Of a stretch of DNA of 32,807 bases, positions 1 to 8,020 are shown piece by piece. Source of the stretch: Bdellovibrionales bacterium. Its GTDB lineage: Bacteria > Bdellovibrionota > Bdellovibrionia > Bdellovibrionales > UBA840. The translations under genes were made by a program, and so were the position numbers. The DNA lies in contig JBBKWS010000042.1 in NCBI GenBank assembly GCA_037969075.1, forward strand, positions 1 to 32,807. The letters run 5' to 3'. How positions within the stretch are numbered: position 1 is the first letter of the stretch; each line of letters opens with the position of its first letter. The notes below the pieces were generated by a model that did not search any database, had not been told where the DNA came from, and was given only the letters and a program-made list of their open reading frames with translations.

Positions 1-42
1 AAGCACATCTACTTCCATAGTCTCTCTTTGGATTTGATCCAT
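1..42 (-). CDS. 5' fragment of a gene running off the window; probably electron-transfer flavoprotein-ubiquinone oxidoreductase or a related FAD oxidoreductase
   Basis: Not in the ORF track. The minus strand reads GGAGGA RBS, then ATG at 42: MDQIQRETMEVDVL. RETMEVDVL resembles the N-terminus preceding the Rossmann GxGxxG of ETF-QO. Only 14 codons are visible. Confidence 0.55.
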   Translation of the reverse strand, partial: MDQIQRETMEVDVL

Positions 43-91
43 AGTTCCTCCGAATGTATGTAGCTTATTAAAAATTAAATGAGAATTCTAT

Positions 92-118
92 AAAAAAATG
101 TCCTGAGAGCCAGGACAT
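92..118 (-). terminator. Rho-independent terminator for the 136..719 gene pair
   Basis: Stem ATGTCCTG/CAGGACAT (98-105/111-118) with a 5-nt loop. The A-run at 92-98 gives a U-tract on the minus strand. Confidence 0.8.
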
Positions 119-135
119 CATGTTTTTGAAAACAA

Positions 136-363
136 TTAGTCGTCGTGCGACGCTGGCAATCGATTGTTATTGTTTGGATTTTGCATCTTTACCTCATAGT
201 ACTTACGAGAGGTCTTATAGGTTGCCGGAAGTTCTTTTTGAACCTGTATATCCATTTCATCCCACCCACCTGGGTACTTTCTTTCTCTCTGCATTTGCTC
301 ATTTGTCTTTGCAAGACCAATAAGCGGCAATAGCAATGAAATTAAGATAATTAAATTTCTCAT
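136..363 (-). CDS. small secreted hypothetical protein (75 aa)
   Basis: Signal-peptide-like N-terminus MRNLIILISLLLPLIGLA. C-terminal RLPAS. ATGA overlap with the upstream gene. Confidence 0.7.
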   Translation of the reverse strand: MRNLIILISLLLPLIGLAKTNEQMQRERKYPGGWDEMDIQVQKELPATYKTSRKYYEVKMQNPNNNNRLPASHDD

Positions 364-719
364 TTTTTTACCCCTAATTTTTTCTTACTTTGCTTGATTT
401 TATTAGAAGCTGGCTTTCTTTTGCCATTCTTCTTTTTTTTAATAGATTTTGATTTTTTTTTTGCAGCAGGTGTTCGCTCTAAAGATTTCTTTTCATTTTC
501 AGTTTTTGCGGTAGTACTAGCCGGCTGAAAGCCTCTCTCTTGCACGAACCAAGTCTCTACTCCAGAATTGTCAGTAAACGTTTGTGAAGGTAGCTTATCT
601 AGTCCATCTTCTCGCTCTTTTGCGATAGGTGGTATCAATGTAAACTCCTCCTGCTTGCTATTATCAGCAAAAGCCGGGAAAATTATAAATAGAGTTAAAA
701 TACAAACTACCGTCTTCAT
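360..719 (-). CDS. secreted hypothetical protein with Lys-rich C-terminal tail (119 aa)
   Basis: Signal peptide ending AFA-D. Basic tail containing RTPAA and RKPAS. Confidence 0.75.
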   Translation of the reverse strand: MKTVVCILTLFIIFPAFADNSKQEEFTLIPPIAKEREDGLDKLPSQTFTDNSGVETWFVQERGFQPASTTAKTENEKKSLERTPAAKKKSKSIKKKKNGKRKPASNKIKQSKKKLGVKK

Positions 720-771
720 TCATCTATTTTATCGGAATAACTAATTAAGACTTACAATAGTTTGTAGAAAA

Positions 772-1578
772 TTAGACAATAGGCTTGCGATGTAAATGCA
801 GCGGAATCTGCTTTCGGACTGACTCAATTTTAGCTTTGTCTAGCTCGACCAACACAGACTGCGGCAGATCGCTCTCGGTCTTTATTTCGGCAATGATTTC
901 GCCCCAAGGGTCTATAACCATAGAGTGTCCCCATGTTCTATGTAGCCCCATATGTACCCCACCTTGGGCCGGCGCAATGATGTAACTTTGTGTTTCAATC
1001 GCTCTGGCTCTTAATAAAATTTCCCAATGAGCACTTCCAGTGAGAGCTAAAAAAGATGATGGAGCCAAGATCGCATCCACACTTTCTTGTGCATACTTTA
1101 AGTATAAAGCAGAAAATCTGAGATCATAACAAATGCTCTCACCCAACTTCCACCCCTCAAAAATAAAAGTTGATGTTTTATCTCCTGCGGTAAATGTGTC
1201 GGACTCTCTAATACTCGTTTGCCCCTCTACATCCACATCAAACAAATGAATTTTCTGATAACCCGCAACTACTTCTCCAGTAGGTAAAATGCGAATAGAA
1301 GAATTAAAAATATTACCGTCAACCTCTAGAGGAATGGCCCCCAGGTGAAGATATACTTTTTTATCAGCACTCCATTTTTGCAACGTCTTTATCTCTATAC
1401 TGTCCAACAAAAATGATTCCACAGGATCTTTTCTAGTTGCACGCATAAACAGTGAATTCTCTGGTAAGCATATCAACTCTCCCTCTTTAACCGAGACAGT
1501 TTTAAGATGCTCTAGAATAACTTGTAGGTTTTTATTTTTTTGATTCGTTGTACAAAGCTGTACTAAACGAACAAGCAT
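772..1578 (-). CDS. carbon-nitrogen hydrolase, Nit1 / deaminated glutathione amidase-like
   Basis: E-K-C triad motifs LPEN, YQKIHLFD and SICYDLRF; also HWEILLRARAIE and GHSMVIDPWG. Confidence 0.92.
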   Translation of the reverse strand: MLVRLVQLCTTNQKNKNLQVILEHLKTVSVKEGELICLPENSLFMRATRKDPVESFLLDSIEIKTLQKWSADKKVYLHLGAIPLEVDGNIFNSSIRILPTGEVVAGYQKIHLFDVDVEGQTSIRESDTFTAGDKTSTFIFEGWKLGESICYDLRFSALYLKYAQESVDAILAPSSFLALTGSAHWEILLRARAIETQSYIIAPAQGGVHMGLHRTWGHSMVIDPWGEIIAEIKTESDLPQSVLVELDKAKIESVRKQIPLHLHRKPIV

Positions 1579-1579
1579 A

Positions 1580-1900
1580 CTACTGAAGGCTGGCTGCTGA
1601 ATGTAAATCAGCTTTTTGACTTACATCCTTACAGTCCCATCCTGCATTTTTTAAATTGGTACGAATATTTTCTGAAAACATATTACATGAACTTTTGTTT
1701 TGCGCTCTGCCAACTTCTTTGTCTTTTCCATCTTTTGTATAGATTGTAAGGCATACCTTTTCTGTAGGCTCCCACTCAACTCGAATGGTGCGAACTATTC
1801 CACGGTTTTTACAGATTACGTAACTAAGTAAGTCATCTGCCTTTTCTTCGGCAAATAGAGAGATAGGAAACATCAAGATGCAAATTAGTATTAGTTTCAT
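1580..1900 (-). CDS. secreted hypothetical protein with 4 Cys in the mature region (106 aa)
   Basis: Signal peptide ending SLFA. Ends 1 nt before the nitrilase start, suggesting co-transcription. Confidence 0.75.
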   Translation of the reverse strand: MKLILICILMFPISLFAEEKADDLLSYVICKNRGIVRTIRVEWEPTEKVCLTIYTKDGKDKEVGRAQNKSSCNMFSENIRTNLKNAGWDCKDVSQKADLHSAASLQ

Positions 1901-1978
1901 TACTGACTTAGGGTAACAAGATTTTATGGTTTAAACAATCAATAGCTCTATTAAAGATATGAGCTCTAGGTTTAGATT

Positions 1979-2009
1979 AAAAAAAAGCAGGCTTAAGGCC
2001 TGCTTTTTT
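1979..2009. terminator. Rho-independent terminator after rplX, potentially bidirectional
   Basis: A8-GCAGGC-TTAAG-GCCTGC-T6. Confidence 0.9.
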
Positions 2010-2013
2010 ATCT

Positions 2014-2274
2014 TTACGCTTTCGCAGTCTTTGCGGCTTTGCGCTTGGTCGGTGCTTTTTTATCTGGGTTTGATACTAAAACTACATTCGAATAGTTGAT
2101 AAAGCCTTCTTTTTTATTAAGACCCTCTTTACGATCAAAATGAGTTAGTAGCTTCACTCCACTGATTTGAATTTTAAGATTCTTTTTATCAAGAGCAGTT
2201 ACTGTGCCTTTTTTGCCTTTATCCGCGCCGGCAATTACTTCTACAGTAGCACCTTTTTTAATTTTTAATTTCAT
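2014..2274 (-). CDS. rplX: 50S ribosomal protein L24 (uL24), short form, 86 aa
   Basis: KOW motif IKKGATVEVIAGADKGKKGTV and EGFINYSNV (cf. EAPIHxSNV). GGAG RBS at the end of rpmB. Confidence 0.88.
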   Translation of the reverse strand: MKLKIKKGATVEVIAGADKGKKGTVTALDKKNLKIQISGVKLLTHFDRKEGLNKKEGFINYSNVVLVSNPDKKAPTKRKAAKTAKA

Positions 2275-2277
2275 ATA

Positions 2278-2592
2278 CTACTCCTTTGCCTTTGCTGTTC
2301 TTTTTTTAGATTTTCCAGCAAGTTTTCGCTTAACACGAGTTTTAAACGTCATGGCTCTTTTTGAAAGCTTCTCTTCAGGAAGATTTAATAAATAAGAATC
2401 AAAACTACCGCGATTTTCGATAGCACGTAGTGTGCTAGTTGCGATTCTTAAGTCTACGAACTCATTTAAAGCTTGGCTATGTAGCTGCTTTTTTTGAATA
2501 TTGGCATGTACAATAGACTTAGTTTTAATATTAGAATGACTCACCAAATTCTTAACACTGGGACCTTTGCCCGTAAGCTCACAACGAGCCAT
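2278..2592 (-). CDS. rpmB: 50S ribosomal protein L28 (bL28), long form, 104 aa
   Basis: MARCELTGK...NLVSHSNIKTK...NIQ...LRIATSTLRAIE.RG. GGAGG RBS. Confidence 0.93.
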   Translation of the reverse strand: MARCELTGKGPSVKNLVSHSNIKTKSIVHANIQKKQLHSQALNEFVDLRIATSTLRAIENRGSFDSYLLNLPEEKLSKRAMTFKTRVKRKLAGKSKKRTAKAKE

Positions 2593-2780
2593 AAAACCTC
2601 CAAAAAATTAGGAACTTAACATATAGTGTAGAGGCCAGATAACAGCAAGAAAAAAGGCCCATTCACAAGATTTCTACGGGTATATATGAAAAAAACATAA
2701 AAATAAACAAAAAACACTGGATTTTTAGACGAATATAGGATTTTATGCACATTCAAATCGATTCAGTAGCTGAGGTAAAT

Positions 2781-3131
2781 ATGGATAGAGCAGAAAAATC
2801 AGATAGATCAGATAGAAGTGACAATAAACGTGGCAACAGCAATAGCAATAGCAATATAGGTGCTGGTAGCAGTCGTTCTAAATATAGAACTGAGTATAAC
2901 GGAGACTATAAATTTGATTATAAAGATCCAGCTACTCTGTACCGCTTTATCGGAGAAGGTGGAAAGATTGTACCTTCAAGAATTAGCAAACTAAGCATGT
3001 GTCAGCAAAGAGACCTTACAAACGCTGTTAAAAAAGCCCGTAACTTGGCTTTGTTACCGGTAGGCTCACTTTCTTACGATGATTTCTCACGTCCACAAAA
3101 CGTATCACCAGTACCGTTTACTTTTGAATAG
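2781..3131 (+). CDS. rpsR: 30S ribosomal protein S18 (bS18) with low-complexity N-terminal extension
   Basis: [23 protein letters not shown]...[19 protein letters not shown]. Start moved from 2745 to ATG 2781 because GAGGT lies just upstream. Confidence 0.92.
   Translation: MDRAEKSDRSDRSDNKRGNSNSNSNIGAGSSRSKYRTEYNGDYKFDYKDPATLYRFIGEGGKIVPSRISKLSMCQQRDLTNAVKKARNLALLPVGSLSYDDFSRPQNVSPVPFTFE
2799..2855 (+). repeat. short in-frame tandem repeats inside the rpsR 5' extension
   Basis: TCAGATAGA x2 (2799-2816, SDR-SDR) and AGCAAT x3 (2838-2855, SN-SN-SN). Confidence 0.8.
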
Positions 3132-3155
3132 ATCTTAAGTAGACAGTTTGATCAT

Positions 3156-3183
3156 AAAAAAGCCGCTATTTTGCGGCTTTTTT
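3156..3183. terminator. bidirectional Rho-independent terminator between rpsR and the convergent membrane-protein gene
   Basis: A6-GCCGC-TATTTT-GCGGC-T6. It overlaps the last codons and stop of 3166..3534. Confidence 0.88.
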
Positions 3184-3534
3184 ATTTTGTATATATTCCA
3201 GTATAGATAAGAGAATGGCACCAACGTAGTAAGGACTAGAAATCCGGTGCAAAATGCCAATCACCGGGAAAACTTCTTCAACGGATCCTCCGTAAAATAT
3301 ACCTGCAGCAAGTCTGATCGCCAAAATGGGTATTACTAGCGCATATAGAAATGCTGACCATACCCAGAAGCTATAGGACTTGAACTCACGCTTCTTAAAA
3401 AAAACAATCATACTATTTATGGCAACAATTATAAACACCACACTGGCAGCAATACTCGCGCTCCATCTAGGCGCCCAGTGAAACAACAGGGCTACTGTAG
3501 GAATTGCTAAAATCTGTACCACAAGAGCTATCAT
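3166..3534 (-). CDS. small integral membrane protein (~4 TM), function unknown
   Basis: Four hydrophobic segments. ATGA overlap with the upstream methyltransferase gene. Confidence 0.75.
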   Translation of the reverse strand: MIALVVQILAIPTVALLFHWAPRWSASIAASVVFIIVAINSMIVFFKKREFKSYSFWVWSAFLYALVIPILAIRLAAGIFYGGSVEEVFPVIGILHRISSPYYVGAILLSILEYIQNKKAAK

Positions 3535-4334
3535 GATCTTTGACTCCTTTGTCTGATGACCTCGTAAGACAGAAGGCTTGCTGCCGCAGAGACGTTTAGA
3601 GAGTCCACTTTGCCAAGCATAGGAATCACCACTACATCATCTGATTCTTTTAAAAATCGGTCACTAATTCCATCCTTTTCAGACCCTAATACAAGAGCTA
3701 TACCCTGCTTAAGATCCATATCCCAATAAACCTTTTTTACATCTGGGCTTGTGGCTATAATTCGTATTTTTTTAGATTCACAGTACAAAAACAACTCATC
3801 GACTGTCATGGTAATTACTGGCAATGAAAATACGGCTCCAAGACTTGCCCTGATTACATTTGGGTTATTTAGATCTGTCGCTGGGTCACACAAGATAATA
3901 GCGTCTGCGCCTGCCCCGTCTGCCGTTCTTAGAATAGCGCCTAAATTACCAGGTTTTTCTACCTTTTCGATCACTAGTATAAATGGGTTTGGACTAGGGG
4001 GAATATCTAAAATATCATATAGTATTTCGTCTGCCACAGCGATAAAACCATCTGGGGTGCTTCTAAAGGATAGTTTCTCGAACACCTTCTTGCTGACATA
4101 AAATGTTTTTGCTGTATCTACACTAGCAAGTGTTTTTTTACACTCTTGATTGGGGAATAGTTCTTCACATAGAAAGATCGTATCGATTTCTAAACCATGA
4201 TCAATGGCTTGAAACAACTCTCTATATCCCTCAATCAAAGTTTTTTTGTATTTTTTACGGGCACGTCTTTCTTTGAGCTGCACTGCCTGCTTTATCTTGG
4301 CATTATTAAGACTTTCAATAATTTCTTGGGGCAT
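3531..4334 (-). CDS. TrmH/SpoU-family RNA 2'-O-methyltransferase
   Basis: EKPGNLGAILRTADGAG, LVLGSEKDG, IPMLGKVDSLNVS. Likely start MPQEII at 4334 (the ORF track starts at 4385). Confidence 0.93.
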   Translation of the reverse strand: MPQEIIESLNNAKIKQAVQLKERRARKKYKKTLIEGYRELFQAIDHGLEIDTIFLCEELFPNQECKKTLASVDTAKTFYVSKKVFEKLSFRSTPDGFIAVADEILYDILDIPPSPNPFILVIEKVEKPGNLGAILRTADGAGADAIILCDPATDLNNPNVIRASLGAVFSLPVITMTVDELFLYCESKKIRIIATSPDVKKVYWDMDLKQGIALVLGSEKDGISDRFLKESDDVVVIPMLGKVDSLNVSAAASLLSYEVIRQRSQRS

Positions 4335-4425
4335 CCGTACACATCCTGATATACGGACGAATCTACCGACTTCCGGACAAATCACAAGTTCTTTTGTCTC
4401 ATTTACGTTTTAATTAGCATACAGC

Positions 4426-4442
4426 TTGGCACTTCGCTTGCT
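4426..4442 (+). promoter_or_regulatory. sigma-54 (RpoN) -24/-12 promoter
   Basis: TTGGCAC-TTCGC-TTGCT matches TGGCAC-N5-TTGCW, with exactly 10 nt between GG and GC. It lies 27 nt upstream of the 4470 ATG. Confidence 0.75.
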
Positions 4443-4469
4443 TTATCCAATCGGTAAAGGGAGATAACA

Positions 4470-4724
4470 ATGACATCTGCAAAAAATATAATTATGGAAC
4501 TAGAGACAAACCTATATCAATTTGGGTTAAATCCTAAAGATTGGTACATTTATTTAAATAAAATTACGACTACTGCAAAAGCTAAAAAGAAAATATCTAT
4601 CAGTAATATTAAAATTGTTAGTAGAGAATTTGATGATCTTTATTTTAGAGCTGAGGCTACCGTAGAAAAAAAGAAAAGCATTATATCAGCAACATGGACA
4701 GGAATACAGCTAGTAGCAATTTAA
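4470..4724 (+). CDS. small basic hypothetical protein (84 aa)
   Basis: AAGGGAG RBS and an upstream sigma-54 motif. 4-nt convergent overlap with the next gene. Confidence 0.65.
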   Translation: MTSAKNIIMELETNLYQFGLNPKDWYIYLNKITTTAKAKKKISISNIKIVSREFDDLYFRAEATVEKKKSIISATWTGIQLVAI

Positions 4725-5335
4725 AAGGTGCTACAACTTGCAGAGAAGATGGATCTTCTCCACACATCGGCTCTAGATAAATTACTAGGATTAGGAAGCG
4801 ACAGCATTGTTTTTTCTCGCCACTTTTCCCAAGCGTCCTTACCTTCAGACTTTGTTCTTAGGCCTGTTAATTTACAAAACAAAAACATATGATTGTTATC
4901 TAGCCAGCTAAACTTTTCATAGGTAGATTCTGGCGGCTGATTGCCCCAAGCAAGTTCAACCATTAAATCCTGTGTATCACGAAATGCTTTCTTAATATCT
5001 TTCACTTTGCTTAGCTCAGCTAAGCATTCAGGATTACTGGATTCTATATCACCAGTGAGTTTTAGAACTCCATTAAATAAATCCTGACAAGCTCCTAGAG
5101 AGTTACCATTACGACATTTTGTGTAAGATGCAGAAAATCCTGTGGTTTTAATATAAGATTTCTTTTTGTCTAAATATAGAAATGGAGTTTGTAGAGATTG
5201 TAGCAAGGTTAACTGTGAATCACATACCGAATGAGGAGGGTTTAAAACTAAAAGCAGGAATATACCTAATACAAGTATTCCACCAACGAGTACCCATCTA
5301 GGAAGTTTTGCAATGACTTGGTCTAAAGAACTCAT
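4721..5335 (-). CDS. membrane-anchored periplasmic hypothetical protein, Cys-rich (204 aa)
   Basis: Single N-terminal TM (WVLVGGILVLGIFLLLVL) and six Cys in the soluble part. Confidence 0.8.
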   Translation of the reverse strand: MSSLDQVIAKLPRWVLVGGILVLGIFLLLVLNPPHSVCDSQLTLLQSLQTPFLYLDKKKSYIKTTGFSASYTKCRNGNSLGACQDLFNGVLKLTGDIESSNPECLAELSKVKDIKKAFRDTQDLMVELAWGNQPPESTYEKFSWLDNNHMFLFCKLTGLRTKSEGKDAWEKWREKTMLSLPNPSNLSRADVWRRSIFSASCSTF

Positions 5336-5356
5336 AGTTACATGGTAGGTTGCAAT

Positions 5357-5391
5357 AAAAAAAAAGCCAAGCTCGAAAGCCTGGCTTTTTT
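5357..5391 (-). terminator. Rho-independent terminator of the OMP gene
   Basis: Minus strand reads GCCAGGCT-TTCG-AGCTTGGC-U9. The stem has one G.U pair that forms only on the minus strand, and a UUCG tetraloop. Confidence 0.9.
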
Positions 5392-5412
5392 GAGATCAAT
5401 ACTAGGCTTTAA

Positions 5413-6720
5413 TTAAAAATCAAAACCAGCACTAGCCATTATGCGTTCAGCACTGTCATCACCGCCACCAACAACATCGTCCCCTGGCATAAACATACCA
5501 TACTCAAGAGATGTCTTAAATCCATTGGCATATTTCTTTTGAATCGTTAAATCAATTTCGTTACCGATTTCATCATCTGTTCCTGATTTTTCAGTTTCAG
5601 TAAACATGTAATAATCTAACATCACTGTTAAATCATCCATTGGAACCATTTTTACTTTAACAGCCATTGCAGTTAGACCAGTTCCCACTAATGCATTAGT
5701 ACCAGCTAAACCATTACCCCAACGAGCGATTCCCATACGGCCAGTGTATTTTTCTTGGTCATAGTTAAAAGAATCATAAGCTTTTGAATCAGTAGTCGTT
5801 GCACCACCGTCTTTATCACCAGATGACTGATGATAAGCTACACCGATACGTAGACCTTTAACTTCTGGCATATTAAAACCAGCTTCTACATTAAACATGT
5901 CGCCTTCACGGTCTCTTTCAACGCCACCAAAAGTAATGTTACCTGTAAAATTCTCATAGGCAGCTGCATAATCAAATGCACCCATTTCACCACCAACAGA
6001 TAAACCAATCCACTGCCTATCGTTTTTAACGATGGGTTGAGCCACTTCGTTAGTCGTAGCTGAGTTAGCTTTTGCTAACACATAGTGAATATTTACTTTA
6101 TTTAAAAATTCAGGAATGTTTTTTAAATCAACAACACCACCCAAAAAGTGAGCATCACTGTTACCAACTACAACTGCTGTTGCACCTTCAGTTGCATTAA
6201 AGCTTTCATCAACAGCTCTTACACCAAACACACTAAAGCGAAGTGCATCGAATTCATTGGATAGTAGGGCACCATCAAAAGAAATTGGAGTGTAGCCACC
6301 GTTACCAGCTCTTGAAACTAACTCACCATTGGCAAGTTCAAATGAACCACGACCAAATTGTAGAGTGCTAACATCGTTCATTTTCCAAACACCGTAAGCT
6401 TCCTCTACTAAAAGAAGGTTAGATGTTTGTGTTTGTGTTTTGTAAGCAGTTTCGCTGCCAGTAATTGCTTGTACGTCACCCCAAAGAGCTACGTTTCTTA
6501 GTACGATTTTACCAAAAAGGTTTTCGCTACGAACGATATCTAGTGCCAATCTTGTAGTTTGCACGAAGTCATTTTCACGATCACTAGCTGAATCATTATG
6601 GTCATAATTTCCTGTTGATTCGTATTTTACTTCAAGACCACCGCTCCATTTGAACTGTGTTTCTTGGGCATTAGCTACTGATACCATTAGTACGGCAGCA
6701 AGCAGAATAGATTTACTCAT
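5413..6720 (-). CDS. outer-membrane beta-barrel protein, alginate-export (AlgE)-like family
   Basis: Signal peptide ending ANA-Q, alternating beta-strand pattern, EAYGVW/QFGR and IGNEIDL...YGMFMPG motifs, terminal Phe. AGGAG RBS supports ATG 6720. Confidence 0.8.
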   Translation of the reverse strand: MSKSILLAAVLMVSVANAQETQFKWSGGLEVKYESTGNYDHNDSASDRENDFVQTTRLALDIVRSENLFGKIVLRNVALWGDVQAITGSETAYKTQTQTSNLLLVEEAYGVWKMNDVSTLQFGRGSFELANGELVSRAGNGGYTPISFDGALLSNEFDALRFSVFGVRAVDESFNATEGATAVVVGNSDAHFLGGVVDLKNIPEFLNKVNIHYVLAKANSATTNEVAQPIVKNDRQWIGLSVGGEMGAFDYAAAYENFTGNITFGGVERDREGDMFNVEAGFNMPEVKGLRIGVAYHQSSGDKDGGATTTDSKAYDSFNYDQEKYTGRMGIARWGNGLAGTNALVGTGLTAMAVKVKMVPMDDLTVMLDYYMFTETEKSGTDDEIGNEIDLTIQKKYANGFKTSLEYGMFMPGDDVVGGGDDSAERIMASAGFDF

Positions 6721-6790
6721 AAGCACTCCTTTAAGGTGTTATTTTTATGCAGGGTCCACTGGACCTTTGTCCGTTCTTTTGAACCCGTCC

Positions 6791-6819
6791 ATTAAAGCCA
6801 GGTAAAATCTAGGTTGCAA
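6791..6819 (-). promoter_or_regulatory. putative sigma-70 promoter for the OMP gene
   Basis: TTGCAA-N17-TTTAAT on the minus strand. Confidence 0.4.
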
Positions 6820-6884
6820 AAGTTTTCTTCTAAACTGTGTGCGGCGCAACAATTAGGCATCTTAAGGGTAGTTTATCTATCTTT

Positions 6885-6913
6885 TTGACATCGAGCGGTG
6901 ATTTGACTATGTT
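6885..6913 (+). promoter_or_regulatory. sigma-70 promoter of tRNA-Pro
   Basis: TTGACA-N17-TATGTT followed by a GC-rich discriminator (GCCGG), 10 nt before the tRNA. Confidence 0.7.
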
Positions 6914-6923
6914 GCCGGTTCGT

Positions 6924-7000
<77 letters not shown>

Positions 7001-7133
7001 ATTTTAACCCACACAATCGTGTTAATTTGAGGTTAAAACAATAGAACATTTTCAAACACTCATTAACTAATCCATACCGCCAAATTATAAGGCTATACTA
7101 CAGGCACTTCTTAACCATCCATATGGAGCTTGT

Positions 7134-7679
7134 ATGCCAGCATTCTTACTAGTCTTACTATCACTTAGCACCCAAAATATCTTTGCCGACCCAACGCCAA
7201 TGGCAAACACGATGCCCTTTGTTGGTATTACTACTGACCAGCCAGTATGCTATGGCCGTGAATATAGTCCCGCGCACTTAAAAGCGAAGCCAAAGCAGAC
7301 GGTAAAAAAAATCCAAGCAAAGCTTGAGATCATTCCTGAATACAATCAAAATGTACTTAATCTTGAAGTAACACTTAGAGGAGAAAAAAATCAGTACACT
7401 AATTACCGATCTATCTTCTCATGTTTTCTAGATGATGGTGGAAAATACAGATGCGGGATAGATTGTGACGGTGGTTCTGTAAAAATAAGTATGAGCTCAA
7501 AAAACGAATTAGTAATATCTGTAGAAAATGGATTTATCTTAAGCGGCGGCTGTGGATCTGAAGAAAAGGACGTCTTTTTACAAGCTGTTCTTGGTGGAGA
7601 TGATAAATTCGTAATGACTAAGCTCCCAGCGCAATTTTGTGCAAAATCAGATTGGATCGATAAAATCGATAACAACTAG
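7134..7679 (+). CDS. secreted Cys-containing hypothetical protein (181 aa)
   Basis: Signal peptide. Motifs CYGREYSPAHL..KPKQTV and CGIDCDGG. Six Cys. Confidence 0.8.
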   Translation: MPAFLLVLLSLSTQNIFADPTPMANTMPFVGITTDQPVCYGREYSPAHLKAKPKQTVKKIQAKLEIIPEYNQNVLNLEVTLRGEKNQYTNYRSIFSCFLDDGGKYRCGIDCDGGSVKISMSSKNELVISVENGFILSGGCGSEEKDVFLQAVLGGDDKFVMTKLPAQFCAKSDWIDKIDNN

Positions 7680-7780
7680 AGATCTTAGCCTAGAATCGCT
7701 TTATATAATTTCAACCAAATACGCGTCGTCATGGAATTAGAGTTTATTACCTAACAAATAAAGTCAAAAAAAGCATAAAA

Positions 7781-7799
7781 TGTCTAACGGTTGTCTAAC
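7781..7799. promoter_or_regulatory. 11-bp-period direct repeat, candidate winged-helix regulator site
   Basis: TGTCTAAC at 7781-7788 and 7792-7799, about 60 nt upstream of the DUF3309 gene. Confidence 0.4.
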
Positions 7800-7861
7800 T
7801 ACCCGTTGCATAATTAGCCAATGAATCCATAAAGATCTACTCTCCTTGCAGAGGTACATAT

Positions 7862-8020
7862 ATGGGTTTAGGAACTATCATTTTAATTATTTTAATACTT
7901 ATGCTTTTAGGTGCAATCCCTACTTGGGGCCACAGTAAAAATTGGGGCTACGGACCTAGTGGTGGATTAGGACTACTGGTAATTATTCTTGTTATATTAT
8001 TAGCTACTGGGCGAATTTAA
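7862..8020 (+). CDS. DUF3309-family small membrane protein (52 aa)
   Basis: Below the ORF-track length cutoff. Translates MGLGTIILIILILMLLGAIPTWGHSKNWGYGPSGGLGLLVIILVILLATGRI, carrying the PxWxHSxxWGYGPSGG signature. GAGGT RBS at 7851-7855. Confidence 0.92.
   Translation: MGLGTIILIILILMLLGAIPTWGHSKNWGYGPSGGLGLLVIILVILLATGRI

Noticed and set aside
120..333. plus-strand ORFs 120..323 and 145..333
   Set aside because: They overlap the minus-strand secreted-protein gene, which has a signal peptide, operon coupling and a terminator.
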